A stretch of DNA of 64,000 nucleotides. Source: Geopsychrobacteraceae bacterium. Its GTDB lineage: Bacteria > Desulfobacterota > Desulfuromonadia > Desulfuromonadales > Geopsychrobacteraceae. Below, one piece after another: positions 51,317 to 61,398 of the stretch. The notes below the pieces were generated by a model. It worked only from the letters and a program-made list of their open reading frames with translations, was not told the DNA's origin and made no database searches. The position numbers and the translations under genes are program-made. The number at the start of each line of letters is the position of its first letter. The stretch's first letter is position 1. The stretch is from assembly GCA_963662315.1 (NCBI GenBank), contig OY759353.1, positions 4,352,001-4,416,000 on the forward strand, written 5' to 3'.

Positions 51317-53301
51317 GATGCGTTTCCTCTGGGGATGGGAACGATGCAGGAATGGGGACAGATTTCGATACAGGTTTTGCAGTGAATGCAGATCGCCATA
51401 TTAAAAACGTAGCGACCCGGGCCACTGATGGGGAGCAGTTCAACAGCGTTAACCGGGCAGTATTTATAGCAGGCCAGACAATCGCTGCAGAGCTTTTCGA
51501 CAATCTGGTAACGGATCAGATCATTACATGCCAGAGCCTGACACAGACCGTCGAGATGTTGCTGGAATTCCGCGCCGAAATAGTTCAGAGCCGTTAACAG
51601 GGGATTAACTGCTGTTTTGCCCAGTCCGCAGCGCGAGGTGGCGGCAATGGTCCTGGCCAGGTCAACGATGTCGTTGAGCGTTTCAGTGGTTGCCCGGCGG
51701 CTGATCAGATCGTTAAGCAGATTATGGAGCTGGGCAAGGCCGTCCCTGCAAAACAGGCACTGGCCACACGACTCATTGGCCAGAAATGCAGCAAGTTGTT
51801 GGGTCAGATCAATCATGCAGCGGTGCTTATTCAGGACCACCAGCCCCCCTGAGCCTATCATGGCGCCGGTGGTCTGCAACGTGGAAAAATCGAGGGGAAA
51901 GTCGGAGTAGGGGAGCAGGCCTCCTGACGGGCCACCGATCTGCAGGGCTTTTACCTGCCGAGGTAATGCCCCGCCAATATCTACGACAATTGTTTTCACC
52001 GAAGTGCCAAGTGGGACTTCGATAAACCCGCTTCTGGGGATATCACCGGTCAGGCAGAAAATTTTCGTGCCGGGGCTGTCCGCCGTGCCGGCTTGCTGAA
52101 AACGTTCAGCCCCTTGCGCAACGATCCAGGGAATATTGGCCAGAGTCTCAACATTGTTGATGATTGTCGGGTGCCCCTGAAACCCTTTTTCTGCCGGATA
52201 CGGAGGTCTGCGTATCGGTTCGCCGCGGGTTCCCGCCATAATCTGCAATAAAGCGGTCTCTTCGCCACAGACAAAGGCCCCCCCGCTGCGAATAACAGAC
52301 ATGTCAAGGTCAAATGCGGAGCCCAGAATGCTGCTGCCCAGCAGGCCTGCAGCATAGGCATCATCAAGCGCTTTTTGCAGGCGTGTGATGGAGAGTTCAT
52401 ATTCATTGCGGACAAACAGATAGGCTTGCCGGGCTCCGGTAGCATAGGCCGCGAGAAGCAATCCCTCAATAACCTGATGAGGGTCGCTTTCCAACAGGGT
52501 CCGATTCATGTAGGCACCGGGGTCCCCTTCATCAGCATTGGCCACGACATAACGTATCGGATCTGGCGAGGCTGCTGCTAAGCGCCATTTTTCTGCGGTG
52601 ACAAAGCCACTGCCACCACGACCGCGTAACTTGGCTGCGGCAAGGGTGTTGATGATCAGCTCAGGCTGCCCGCTGGCCAGGGCCCTGGCCAGGGCAAAAT
52701 AGCCACCTGTGGCGACATATTCCGCCAGGCTGCTGGGATCAATCAAACCACAATGGCGACTGATTCTGCGCCGCTGGTGAGCAAAAAAAGAACCCAGACT
52801 GGTATCGATGCTTCTGACCAGCTCAAGGTCGTGAAAGCCTGTCAGCAAGCCTGTTTGCTGCTCCTTCAAAATCATCCAGGCCCCATGCTGAAAGGTCTGT
52901 TTCAGGGCCGTTCGGATGATGGGCCAGTGATTGCTGGTGCCGGCTTTGCCGAACAGATAGTGGTGACCGTCAATAGTACGAATATCGATCAGAGGTTCCG
53001 CGTAACAGGCGCCGATGCACCCCACATGGTAAATATCCGCAGCCTGTTCCAGATCGCGACGGGCTTCCAGCAGCATGGCGCGGATATCTGCTCCGGCTGC
53101 CATGCCGCATGATGCCATGCCGATACCAATACGCACGCGGTGCTCCGGGCACAGGCGCTGTTGGCCGACCATAAACAGTTCTCTGAGTGCGGTGGGGATC
53201 TGCGCGAGTCTGAAACGTTCGGCCATTTCCTGCAGGAGCCTGACGGTCGTCGGTTTCTGTTGCTGTTCATGGTGACGGGCGGCAGAAAGGTTCATGGGCA
53301 T
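51313..53301 (-). CDS. NuoF/HoxF/HydB-like FMN/NAD(P)H-binding subunit with extra Fe-S domains
   Basis: LRGRGGSGF, NADEGDPG, GAFVCGEETAL, NNVETLAN, ESCGQCLFCR; N-terminal thioredoxin-like Cys set; C-terminal 2x[4Fe-4S]. Confidence 0.9.
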   Translation of the reverse strand: MPMNLSAARHHEQQQKPTTVRLLQEMAERFRLAQIPTALRELFMVGQQRLCPEHRVRIGIGMASCGMAAGADIRAMLLEARRDLEQAADIYHVGCIGACYAEPLIDIRTIDGHHYLFGKAGTSNHWPIIRTALKQTFQHGAWMILKEQQTGLLTGFHDLELVRSIDTSLGSFFAHQRRRISRHCGLIDPSSLAEYVATGGYFALARALASGQPELIINTLAAAKLRGRGGSGFVTAEKWRLAAASPDPIRYVVANADEGDPGAYMNRTLLESDPHQVIEGLLLAAYATGARQAYLFVRNEYELSITRLQKALDDAYAAGLLGSSILGSAFDLDMSVIRSGGAFVCGEETALLQIMAGTRGEPIRRPPYPAEKGFQGHPTIINNVETLANIPWIVAQGAERFQQAGTADSPGTKIFCLTGDIPRSGFIEVPLGTSVKTIVVDIGGALPRQVKALQIGGPSGGLLPYSDFPLDFSTLQTTGAMIGSGGLVVLNKHRCMIDLTQQLAAFLANESCGQCLFCRDGLAQLHNLLNDLISRRATTETLNDIVDLARTIAATSRCGLGKTAVNPLLTALNYFGAEFQQHLDGLCQALACNDLIRYQIVEKLCSDCLACYKYCPVNAVELLPISGPGRYVFNMAICIHCKTCIEICPHSCIVPIPRGNAS

Positions 53302-53768
53302 TTGTCCTGTTCGCCCGTTAAGCGGCTCTGGTTGATCAATTCATGCAATTCCATGGCGGCTTGCCTGGGTTTGATATTTCCGGCCAGTTTGCCGTTAATG
53401 CTGATCACGGGAGCTAGGCTGCATGCCCCGACACATTGAACTTTTTCAAGGGTCACCAGGCCGTCAAGAGACGTGCCGTCCTCATCCAGCTCAAGTTCAC
53501 TGGCCAGACGCTTATAAATGGTTTCTGCCCCGCGGGCATAGCAGGGCGTGCCGCAGCAGACGGAAAGACGGTTTTTCCCTGGTTTTCTGGTCCTTAAAGA
53601 GGTGAAAAAGCTCAACAGACCGTGTAGCTCAGCTAACGGTAGGCCTGTTTCATTCGCAAGCAGAATCAGGTCCTCTTCTGCAATGAATTGTTTTTTATCC
53701 AGAAATTCATGAAACCGATTGATGATAAATGTTGTGGATGTGTGTTGATTGCTCATGGTGGCGCTCAT
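53292..53768 (-). CDS. NuoE/HoxE-like [2Fe-2S] subunit
   Basis: VCCGTPC..RGA and CVGACSLAPV. Confidence 0.88.
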   Translation of the reverse strand: MSATMSNQHTSTTFIINRFHEFLDKKQFIAEEDLILLANETGLPLAELHGLLSFFTSLRTRKPGKNRLSVCCGTPCYARGAETIYKRLASELELDEDGTSLDGLVTLEKVQCVGACSLAPVISINGKLAGNIKPRQAAMELHELINQSRLTGEQDKCP

Positions 53769-54061
53769 CTCTTGATTATTCAGGTTTCAATGTGGTTGGT
53801 TCATCTCTTACTGTCACTATACTTTTGCCGTGATAACGAGGTAAACCATTTTAGTTGACTTTAGTAGATGTGTTTTGTTTGACGCAAGGTATTGACAGTA
53901 AAACAGTCAATAATAAGAGATTTTGAAACCATATTGGTTAGTATGCTTTAATAGAAAAATATTGATATTTTGACAAATTTAATTTATGGTTTGATCTAGT
54001 TAATGCAAGGAAATTTCTGCAATCTCTAAACACCTAATAATAGTTGGAACAGGAGAGCTAA

Positions 54062-56032
54062 GTGAAATTAAGTCTGACTTTTAAACAGAAGATGGTCCTG
54101 GTTCTGGTATTGGCAATCCTTGGTTTTTCCTTCTTGTCGACTTTAGCAATCACTGGGCTATTTCAAATGAGTTCTGCTATAGATAAGGCAGATTCTGTCG
54201 CACGAAGTACCGGGGAAGCGTCACAGGTTCAATTGACGTTACTTAAGATTGCTGATGACAGCCGAATTCTGACTCCGGATGGCGTTAATAGCTTTTTAGC
54301 GACGATGGATCAGGTTCTTAATGAGCATAAGAGCAACCTTACTCAGCAGGTTGAGCAGATTAAGGGGTCCGCTCTGGCGGAAGACATTGCCTGGATCATT
54401 TCTGCCTCAGACAATTTTCAAAGCGCTTTAAAACGTTTCGCCGAGTTGAAGCAGCAGGTCGGTTTTAACAACGAGGAAGGGTTGCAGGGGGAAGTGTTCA
54501 GAAAGGGCGCAGAGGTCAAAAAAGAGATCTGGTTCTCATCGATGAGTGAAAAGATTCTGAATGTTCAGGTACTGGTGACCAGATATATTAATGAGGGAGA
54601 TCCGGAACAGGCCGAAAAAGTTAAGGCATCTATTCTTGCGCTTAAGCAGACCCTGATTGACCAGAATATGGGCGAGCTTGAATCCAGAAATGGTGTGCTT
54701 TTTGTTACCCTGCTTGATGAGTACCTGGCTGTTTTTGACACTATTGTCGGGCCACGCAATGAATTGCATGAGGTCAACGTTAAAATTGCGGGTTTGCTGG
54801 AGTCGTTGAAAAAACACAGTGCCGCAATGAAACAAAATGGCAACCAGTTGCTCGATAATTCATCCAACGCTGCACATGATACAAAAACAGAAGCGATGAC
54901 AATGATGATTGGTGGATCAGTCATTTGTACCATTCTGACCTGCATTGTACTGTTCTGGATCTCTTTTGACCTGATTAAATCGCTAAACAGGGCTATCAAA
55001 GTTGTTGATCAGGTGGCTGACGGTGATATCCATGTTGATGTCGATTCATCCCGCAAGGATGAAATAGGTAAGCTGTTGGGTTCCATTGCCAATATGGTCG
55101 ATAAGTTGAAGCAGGTGTGTGTGGCGCTGGAAGCGTTATCTGTCGGAGATCTGTCCTTTCATATGGATGTCGATGACAACAAGAAAGATGAGCTGCGCAA
55201 GGCCCTGCGCAAAGTGCGTAATGACTTGAGTTCCATGGTTGGGCAGCAGATTGTCGCCAGCCAGCAGATTTCGTCGAGCAGTGTGAGCGTCAGTGACTTT
55301 TCGCAGTCCTTGTCTCAAGGAGCTACGGAATCCGCTGCGTCTCTTGAGGAAATTTCAAGCTCTCTCAATGAAATGTCTAGCCAGACCAAAATTAACGCCG
55401 ACAATGCCAGCCAGGTCAATATCCTGTCGAGCGAGGCCCGGAGTGCTGCAGAAGAAGGCAACGCACAGATGGAACGTATGGTTGCGGCCATGGCAGATAT
55501 CAGTGATGCCGGTCAGAGCATTAACAAGATCATCAAAGTTATCGATGAAATTGCGTTCCAAACTAATTTGTTGGCCTTGAATGCCGCCGTAGAAGCTGCC
55601 CGGGCAGGTCAGCATGGGAAAGGTTTTGCCGTGGTTGCGGAAGAGGTCCGTAATCTGGCGGCACGCAGCGCCAAGGCCGCGTCCGAAACCAGCGAGCTGA
55701 TTGCCGGTTCCGTGGCCAAGACCAGCAATGGCGTCGAAATTGCCAACCAAACCGCCAGCTCCCTGGAAAAAATATACAGTGGCGTTTCCAAGGTGTCGGA
55801 TCTTGCTGAAGAGATCGCAACGGCCTCCAATGAGCAGGCCAGTGGGATTGGCCAGATCAATGAAGGGCTCGGTCTGATCGACCGGGTTATTCAGCAAAAC
55901 ACTGCGACCGCCCAGGAAAGTGCTGCTGCCGCTGAAGAGCTGTCAAGCCAGGCTGCAGAGTTGCTGAACATGTTGCAACGCTTTCAACTTGAAGAGAATC
56001 AGCAGCGCAGGAGCACTCTATTGTTGAGTTGA
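54062..56032 (+). CDS. Methyl-accepting chemotaxis protein
   Basis: Two TMs around a periplasmic domain, HAMP (RKDEIG), [32 protein letters not shown]. Confidence 0.95.
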   Translation: MKLSLTFKQKMVLVLVLAILGFSFLSTLAITGLFQMSSAIDKADSVARSTGEASQVQLTLLKIADDSRILTPDGVNSFLATMDQVLNEHKSNLTQQVEQIKGSALAEDIAWIISASDNFQSALKRFAELKQQVGFNNEEGLQGEVFRKGAEVKKEIWFSSMSEKILNVQVLVTRYINEGDPEQAEKVKASILALKQTLIDQNMGELESRNGVLFVTLLDEYLAVFDTIVGPRNELHEVNVKIAGLLESLKKHSAAMKQNGNQLLDNSSNAAHDTKTEAMTMMIGGSVICTILTCIVLFWISFDLIKSLNRAIKVVDQVADGDIHVDVDSSRKDEIGKLLGSIANMVDKLKQVCVALEALSVGDLSFHMDVDDNKKDELRKALRKVRNDLSSMVGQQIVASQQISSSSVSVSDFSQSLSQGATESAASLEEISSSLNEMSSQTKINADNASQVNILSSEARSAAEEGNAQMERMVAAMADISDAGQSINKIIKVIDEIAFQTNLLALNAAVEAARAGQHGKGFAVVAEEVRNLAARSAKAASETSELIAGSVAKTSNGVEIANQTASSLEKIYSGVSKVSDLAEEIATASNEQASGIGQINEGLGLIDRVIQQNTATAQESAAAAEELSSQAAELLNMLQRFQLEENQQRRSTLLLS

Positions 56033-56060
56033 TAATGTCGCAATTAATCTAAAACGTAAG

Positions 56061-56176
56061 ACAGCCCGTTGTTACCGGAAGCGTAGCAACGGGCTGTTGT
56101 GTTTTGAGTGCTGATCATATGTGTTGTAAATATAGAAAAGCCTTCGTTGATCAGACGAAGGCTTTTCTATATTTAC
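56061..56176. terminator. Two adjacent hairpins between convergent genes
   Basis: ACAGCCCGTTGTTAC...GTAGCAACGGGCTGT and GTAAATATAGAAAAGCCTTCGT...ACGAAGGCTTTTCTATATTTAC. Confidence 0.7.
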
Positions 56177-56290
56177 GGTAAATGAAACAACAAATGGCAA
56201 AAATTACCCTATCATGTTGAACGAAAGGGTTCAATGAAATATGCATAAAAAGATGGGGTTTAAGTTTCGCTTATTTGCAGTCATGCTCTG

Positions 56291-58912
56291 TCAAGAACTC
56301 CTGGATTTTCCTAGAGCTCTACTGATTGCTTCCCCCAACCCATTAATATTATATGGTTTCTTTATGAGTCCTGCCGCTCCGGACTGTATTGTTTCTTCGA
56401 CATCTATACTGGTAGAGTAGCCTGTTGCAATGAGAGCTTTTTGGGCTGGATTTATTTTTTTGATGCGCGAGTAAGTTTCTTTTCCACTGATGCCCGGATC
56501 CATTTGCATGTCGAGCAGAACCAGATCGACACCTGTGGAGTGTAACACTTCAAGGGCCTCTTCGCCGCTGGCCGCAGAGATGGTTTGGTAACCAAGCAGA
56601 TTCAGCATTTCACAGGCTATTTTTCTGAGAATTTCTTCGTCATCGACAACAAGAATGCGTTCCCCGTCCCCTTTGGGCAGATTTCTGCGCTCCAAATGGT
56701 CCTGTGAGATCGAAGCGTCGTGTTCCGCTGGGAGCAATATGGTAAAGCAGGTTCCCGCCGGTGAGCTTTTGACGAGGATGGTTCCTTCGTGCTCACGGAT
56801 AGCATTCCATGCAACAGCCAGGCCCAGGCCGGTTCCACTTCTGCCCAGCCCTTTTTTGGAAAAAAACGGCTCAAAAATTCGGTCGATATCTTCTGCTGAA
56901 ATGCCACTTCCACTATCCTGTATATCAATGGCAATGAAGGGGCCTTCCTTTAACTCAGTGGATAGCTCTCTAAGTTTATCGACATCAATATTCTGTGTTG
57001 AAATCTGTACCTTCCCCCTATCTTTAGTCGCTTCGAAAGCGTTGATAATCAGGTTCATAAAGGTTTTTTCAATATGGCTTCTGGAACATGAACAGGGCCA
57101 TAGGTCTGCGGCCGGGGTAAATGAAAACAAGACATGCGGGTGGGTTTCTCTCAGTTTAAGAAATTCTGGTGCATTACAATAACCGCGAAGCATGTCATTG
57201 ATATCATTCAACTGGTGTACGGATGCCGATCCCCTTGCAATAGTAAGCAGGTCGGCAACAACGTCAGCTGCGCGTTCTCCCGAGGTTTTAATCATATTAA
57301 GGGGATCCCTCATGGTGTCATCGGGACCGAGTCTCAAAAGGAGCATTTCCGGCAAACAGATGATGCCGGACAGGATATTATTAAGATCGTGGGCGACACC
57401 ACCGGCCATTAATCCTAACAATTCCATTTTCTGAGATTGTTGACGTTGCTCATTGAGCTCTTTTTGTTGCTGCTCGATACGGTAACGAATGGTCATATCA
57501 TGACCAATGATATTCAGGTCAAGCAGTTCCCCGGTGGAATCAAAATGGAGGTTGACGGTTAACAGCAAGCGTGAATTACCTTGGCTGCTGTTGACCATGC
57601 TGCACTCAAGACTGCCGCTGTCTTGAGCAGTGGCGATCCAGCTGTTCAGGGTCGTTTCAAATATTGGCCAATCTTCTTCGCTTATACAGTTTTTCAGGGG
57701 TAGGCCGACAATATCTGAAGTTGAAATACCGGTCAGTTTGGAGATTGTGTGGTTGGCATAGCTTATGGTCAGGTCATGATCAAGGCGCAGGACAAGGTTA
57801 CTGGTGCTTTCAACCAGTTCACGGTATTTGCGTTCATTATCACGTAACTGCCCTTCGCGGTGCTGAATGGCTGTTGCCATCTGGCTGATACTTTCCAAAA
57901 GCTGCTGCAATTCGACAAAGTTACTGCTAGGAAGGGAGTGGGAATAATCTCCATGCGCGATAATTCTGCTTGTTTGCATCACCTTGGTCAAAGGGATGAC
58001 AACTTTTTTAGCGCGGTAGTACGCCAGTAGTAGTGACAAGACGATAGCGCAACAGATGCCGCCGGCAAAGATAAGTAGAGGAATTACCAGGGTGGACGAA
58101 AAAATGCTTGTCGGAATAGCGATAAGCGATATCCAGCCGATTTGAGTGATCTTGCGGGTGGAACCGAAATAGGTTGTCCCTCGCCAGGTGAATTGAGCGT
58201 TTTGGTCTTTCCCCTGAAGAGCCGCGGCGACTAAAGCGATATCGTTCATCATAATACTTTTACCGGTAAGCTCTTGATCCGGGTGGAACAGAATCGCGCC
58301 GTTGCGGTCGATAACCATGGCGGTGACCGATTCATTACTGAGTTGGGCAATAAAGTTTTCAAGGGTCTTAAGGTTGATGTCTGCCGCAAGAGTGTACTGG
58401 CCGGAAGGCATGTAGAGAGTGACGCTTGTGGTACCGCTGGCCAGAGAGAGAAAGGTGTCGGACCAGACGGCACGCCGCAAGGATTTTACTGTTTTGAATT
58501 CCTTTTTGTGTCCGAGTTCAATACCGAGAACATCTCTGCGATAAAATTCTCGCTCTGCGGGCAGCCCAGCACTGATGACCTTACCTGTTGCATTGAGAAG
58601 ATAGATGGATTCAAAATAACCAGATTCCTGAATAGAGTTATTAAGCAGGTCTGTGATGGTATTGTCGCTGGCGAAGCCGGGTTTGCCAAGAACCGAGCCG
58701 ATCGTGCTCAGAGTTGCCTGGGGCTGATCCATGAATTGTTGAATCTGGCTGCGGATTCCTCTGGATAGCAGATCAGTCCTTAGCATGAAGTCATGCTTTT
58801 TATCCTGAAACACGAAAAGCAGGATGAACAGCGCGATAAATATTAAGGGAATGAGACTGATCAGAGTATTGGATATGACCAGTGATTTCCGTAGTGTCTG
58901 ATTTTTTTTCAC
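56291..58912 (-). CDS. Hybrid sensor histidine kinase (Cache, HAMP, PAS, HisKA, HATPase, receiver)
   Basis: AGGVAHDLNN, DSGSG, FEPFFSKK..GTGLGL, ILVVDDE/LLDMQM/KPY; start overlaps the upstream stop. Confidence 0.92.
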   Translation of the reverse strand: MKKNQTLRKSLVISNTLISLIPLIFIALFILLFVFQDKKHDFMLRTDLLSRGIRSQIQQFMDQPQATLSTIGSVLGKPGFASDNTITDLLNNSIQESGYFESIYLLNATGKVISAGLPAEREFYRRDVLGIELGHKKEFKTVKSLRRAVWSDTFLSLASGTTSVTLYMPSGQYTLAADINLKTLENFIAQLSNESVTAMVIDRNGAILFHPDQELTGKSIMMNDIALVAAALQGKDQNAQFTWRGTTYFGSTRKITQIGWISLIAIPTSIFSSTLVIPLLIFAGGICCAIVLSLLLAYYRAKKVVIPLTKVMQTSRIIAHGDYSHSLPSSNFVELQQLLESISQMATAIQHREGQLRDNERKYRELVESTSNLVLRLDHDLTISYANHTISKLTGISTSDIVGLPLKNCISEEDWPIFETTLNSWIATAQDSGSLECSMVNSSQGNSRLLLTVNLHFDSTGELLDLNIIGHDMTIRYRIEQQQKELNEQRQQSQKMELLGLMAGGVAHDLNNILSGIICLPEMLLLRLGPDDTMRDPLNMIKTSGERAADVVADLLTIARGSASVHQLNDINDMLRGYCNAPEFLKLRETHPHVLFSFTPAADLWPCSCSRSHIEKTFMNLIINAFEATKDRGKVQISTQNIDVDKLRELSTELKEGPFIAIDIQDSGSGISAEDIDRIFEPFFSKKGLGRSGTGLGLAVAWNAIREHEGTILVKSSPAGTCFTILLPAEHDASISQDHLERRNLPKGDGERILVVDDEEILRKIACEMLNLLGYQTISAASGEEALEVLHSTGVDLVLLDMQMDPGISGKETYSRIKKINPAQKALIATGYSTSIDVEETIQSGAAGLIKKPYNINGLGEAISRALGKSRSS

Positions 58913-60042
58913 TGGAATTCCTCATTGATGACGAATTCGCCGTTGGTGATCTGTCCCATGTAGGTTGCGTGAGTTGAGTCACCGTATTTATTGAAATGGA
59001 TCTTGAATTGCAATCCTTGAAATTCAGCAATTCTCAGAATTGCCTCCTTAAGGCTTTCCTGTTTGTTTTTACGCTGGATTCCCTGTATGGCTATTTGAGC
59101 TGCCTCGAAAGCATGCAACGCGCCAAAGCCGGGCTCTGTCTTATATAGCTCAAGAAATCTATGCCTAAAAGCCAGGTAGGCCGGATTAGAACTTGTGCGG
59201 TTAAAAATTTGCTGAATAATTACTCCTTCGACCGCTTTTCCACCAAGATCGATCAGCTGTTCAGTTGCTGCCCAGTCGGCCATTGCCAAGGGGACCTCCC
59301 AACTACTTTTGCGAACTTGCTGGCTGATCATGGCTGCATCTACAGAGTTGGTGACTATAATCAGAACATCAATTTGATGACTGCGCATCTGTTCGACAAG
59401 GGGGAGGAGTTTGGTGTTGTCTTTAGATATAAAGGGCATATCGATTACCGATTGTCCTTTGTTTTCAAGGAAGGATTCCTTGAACGCCTCAACCCATGCT
59501 TGAGTGTAAGCGCTATTCCCAAGGTCGTAGATGACACCTGCACGCTTAAAAGATCTTTCCAGGCTGAGATAGCGCGCCATCATCGATGAGGAGGTGCTGG
59601 AAACGGTGCAAGTCCTGAAAAAATTATCGTCGATATCTTTAAGGAGCTGGGTTGAGGAGGTCGGGGAGATCATGAGGGTGTCTGATTGATTAACAAGTGG
59701 GAGTGTTGCCACCGACATACTACTGGTGGAATGTCCGATAATGACCGGAACCTTGCGCTCAAGAAGGGAGGCGACAGCGTTAATGGCTGCCTCGTGTTTT
59801 TGCTGGTCGTCGAGGGCAATGATTTCTATAGGATGACCATGAATTCCACCCTTGAGATTTTGTTGCTCGACGGCAATTTCAACCCCTCTGCGACAATCGA
59901 CGCCCAGATCGGCGTATTTGCCTGTAATCCCGGCGACAAAGCCAATCATTATCGGGGTTTTTGGACGCAGGAACCAATAGCCACCAAGCAGGATCAGAAT
60001 GATCAAGACAAGGATCGTGTAAAGCGCCGATTTGCGAAGCAT
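58909..60042 (-). CDS. LivK-like periplasmic substrate-binding protein
   Basis: IGFV..ITG.YA..G....GV.IAV...N..GGI.G, IIGHSTSS, ISPTSS, FFRT. Confidence 0.85.
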   Translation of the reverse strand: MLRKSALYTILVLIILILLGGYWFLRPKTPIMIGFVAGITGKYADLGVDCRRGVEIAVEQQNLKGGIHGHPIEIIALDDQQKHEAAINAVASLLERKVPVIIGHSTSSMSVATLPLVNQSDTLMISPTSSTQLLKDIDDNFFRTCTVSSTSSSMMARYLSLERSFKRAGVIYDLGNSAYTQAWVEAFKESFLENKGQSVIDMPFISKDNTKLLPLVEQMRSHQIDVLIIVTNSVDAAMISQQVRKSSWEVPLAMADWAATEQLIDLGGKAVEGVIIQQIFNRTSSNPAYLAFRHRFLELYKTEPGFGALHAFEAAQIAIQGIQRKNKQESLKEAILRIAEFQGLQFKIHFNKYGDSTHATYMGQITNGEFVINEEFQ

Positions 60043-60310
60043 GACCTTCCTCCTTACCTGGTTTCTGAAATTTTGCTATTTCTTAAGCATTTATGCTTAC
60101 AATTTATCAGAATGTTTAGAGGTGATAAATGAAAAAAGGTTTATGCCGGATATGTTCTGACATCGGATACTGCAGCGTCATCGGTGGTTGATCTACTGAA
60201 TATAGTTTTTCTGTGAAGAAGAAAATGTTATTGGTAGTAAAAAGTATCACATTGTGATTTGGGTTTTTTATTGCCCTGTTGTCTGCTGACGCGAGAAAGG
60301 GGAATCTGGG

Positions 60311-60613
60311 ATGAATTTAAAACTGACACCAAAAGCGCACAAATTTATTACTGAAAATGGCAATAATGCAACCATCGGTCTGGCTAAGCAGGTCTGCTAC
60401 AGCTGAGGCGGCGCACAGTCGCGAGACATCCCATCGGTGCGATGGGGACAGCCAGATTCAACCGAACAGCAGGATTATGAGCCACGGGTCGTTGACGGAA
60501 CCACCGTCTATGTTCACAAGGCTATCAAAGGAATTGCCAATGCCCGCATTGACCTGGTCACTGGCGGCGTGGGGACCAAATTGATCTTTCTTGGTTTTTC
60601 CGGAACCAAATAA
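60311..60613 (+). CDS. Probable selenoprotein, CxxU motif, HesB-like fold (100 aa, TGA at 60404-60406 read as Sec)
   Basis: AAGGGG RBS; MNLKLTPKAHKFITENGNNATIGLAKQVCYS-TGA-GGAQSRDIPSVRWGQPD...VDGTTVYVHK...KLIFLGFSGTK*; frame stays open 68 codons past TGA; hairpin and terminator follow. Confidence 0.8.
60407..60449 (+). promoter_or_regulatory. Putative bacterial SECIS element
   Basis: Stem CCCATCG/CGATGGG (60430-60446) with a G-first apical loop 30 nt after the TGA. Confidence 0.7.
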
Positions 60614-60615
60614 TT

Positions 60616-60652
60616 AAAGGCACCGTCTTATATGTAGGGCGGTGCCTTTTTT
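60616..60652 (+). terminator. Intrinsic terminator after the selenoprotein gene
   Basis: AAAGGCACCGTCTTA-TATG-TAGGGCGGTGCCTTT followed by a T run. Confidence 0.8.
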
Positions 60653-61398
60653 TGTTGTTGATGTCTAGGCGGGGGGAGAGGGTATAGGAGACATATTTAT
60701 AGCTTTGGAGTGTCTAAAACACTGGTGGCGATTCAAATTGCACTTTTAGCGTGACCAGTCAAAACCACCGGGTCCCGACCGCGCAAGCCCTTTTTCCATA
60801 AGTCACGATTTTCAGTATAAAAAGCCCCTCCTTTGCTTTCAGAGAGGGGGGCTTTCCAATATGTCTTATGCTACTCTTTCTTAGATCATCTAGGGATATT
60901 TAATATGCTGAGCAGGCAAGAAGTTAATACACTGTCTGTCAGATCAAGTCTCGATTACTACATCTTACACCAACTGTCAGATCGAGTTTGAGTTACTTCA
61001 ATTTAAGCCCCACCATAGATCGGTATTAACGCTTTCGGTTTTTAGTCTGTCAAGTATCTATTTTTTCTATGCGCTGTAGCTTTATCATACATGTCGAAAT
61101 TATGGCAATCACTCAATTCGTTTTTGGATTGAGTGAATACATGGGTTCGGGAATATCGCCATGCCAGCGTCATCGATCTGGTGAGGAATTATCAGAGTGA
61201 TCTGGAAGGGTCGGATTTGAAATCCAAGAAAAAAGAGGGACGCAGGGCGCTCCTACAAAATACGCGCTTCTCAATGAACACAAAGAAACCTATTTAGAGG
61301 GGTCGCGTTTGAAACGTGGCCCCTCTTGAAGAATTACCTTGGATGCTTATGAAATGATATGAAATTTTAATCGAAAGTTAAAAATTCTTGACTGGTCA

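Noticed and set aside
61091..61298. Second TGA-readthrough ORF (MSKLWQSLNSFLD*VNTW...)
   Set aside because: No Cys/redox context, no SECIS-like hairpin, no RBS.
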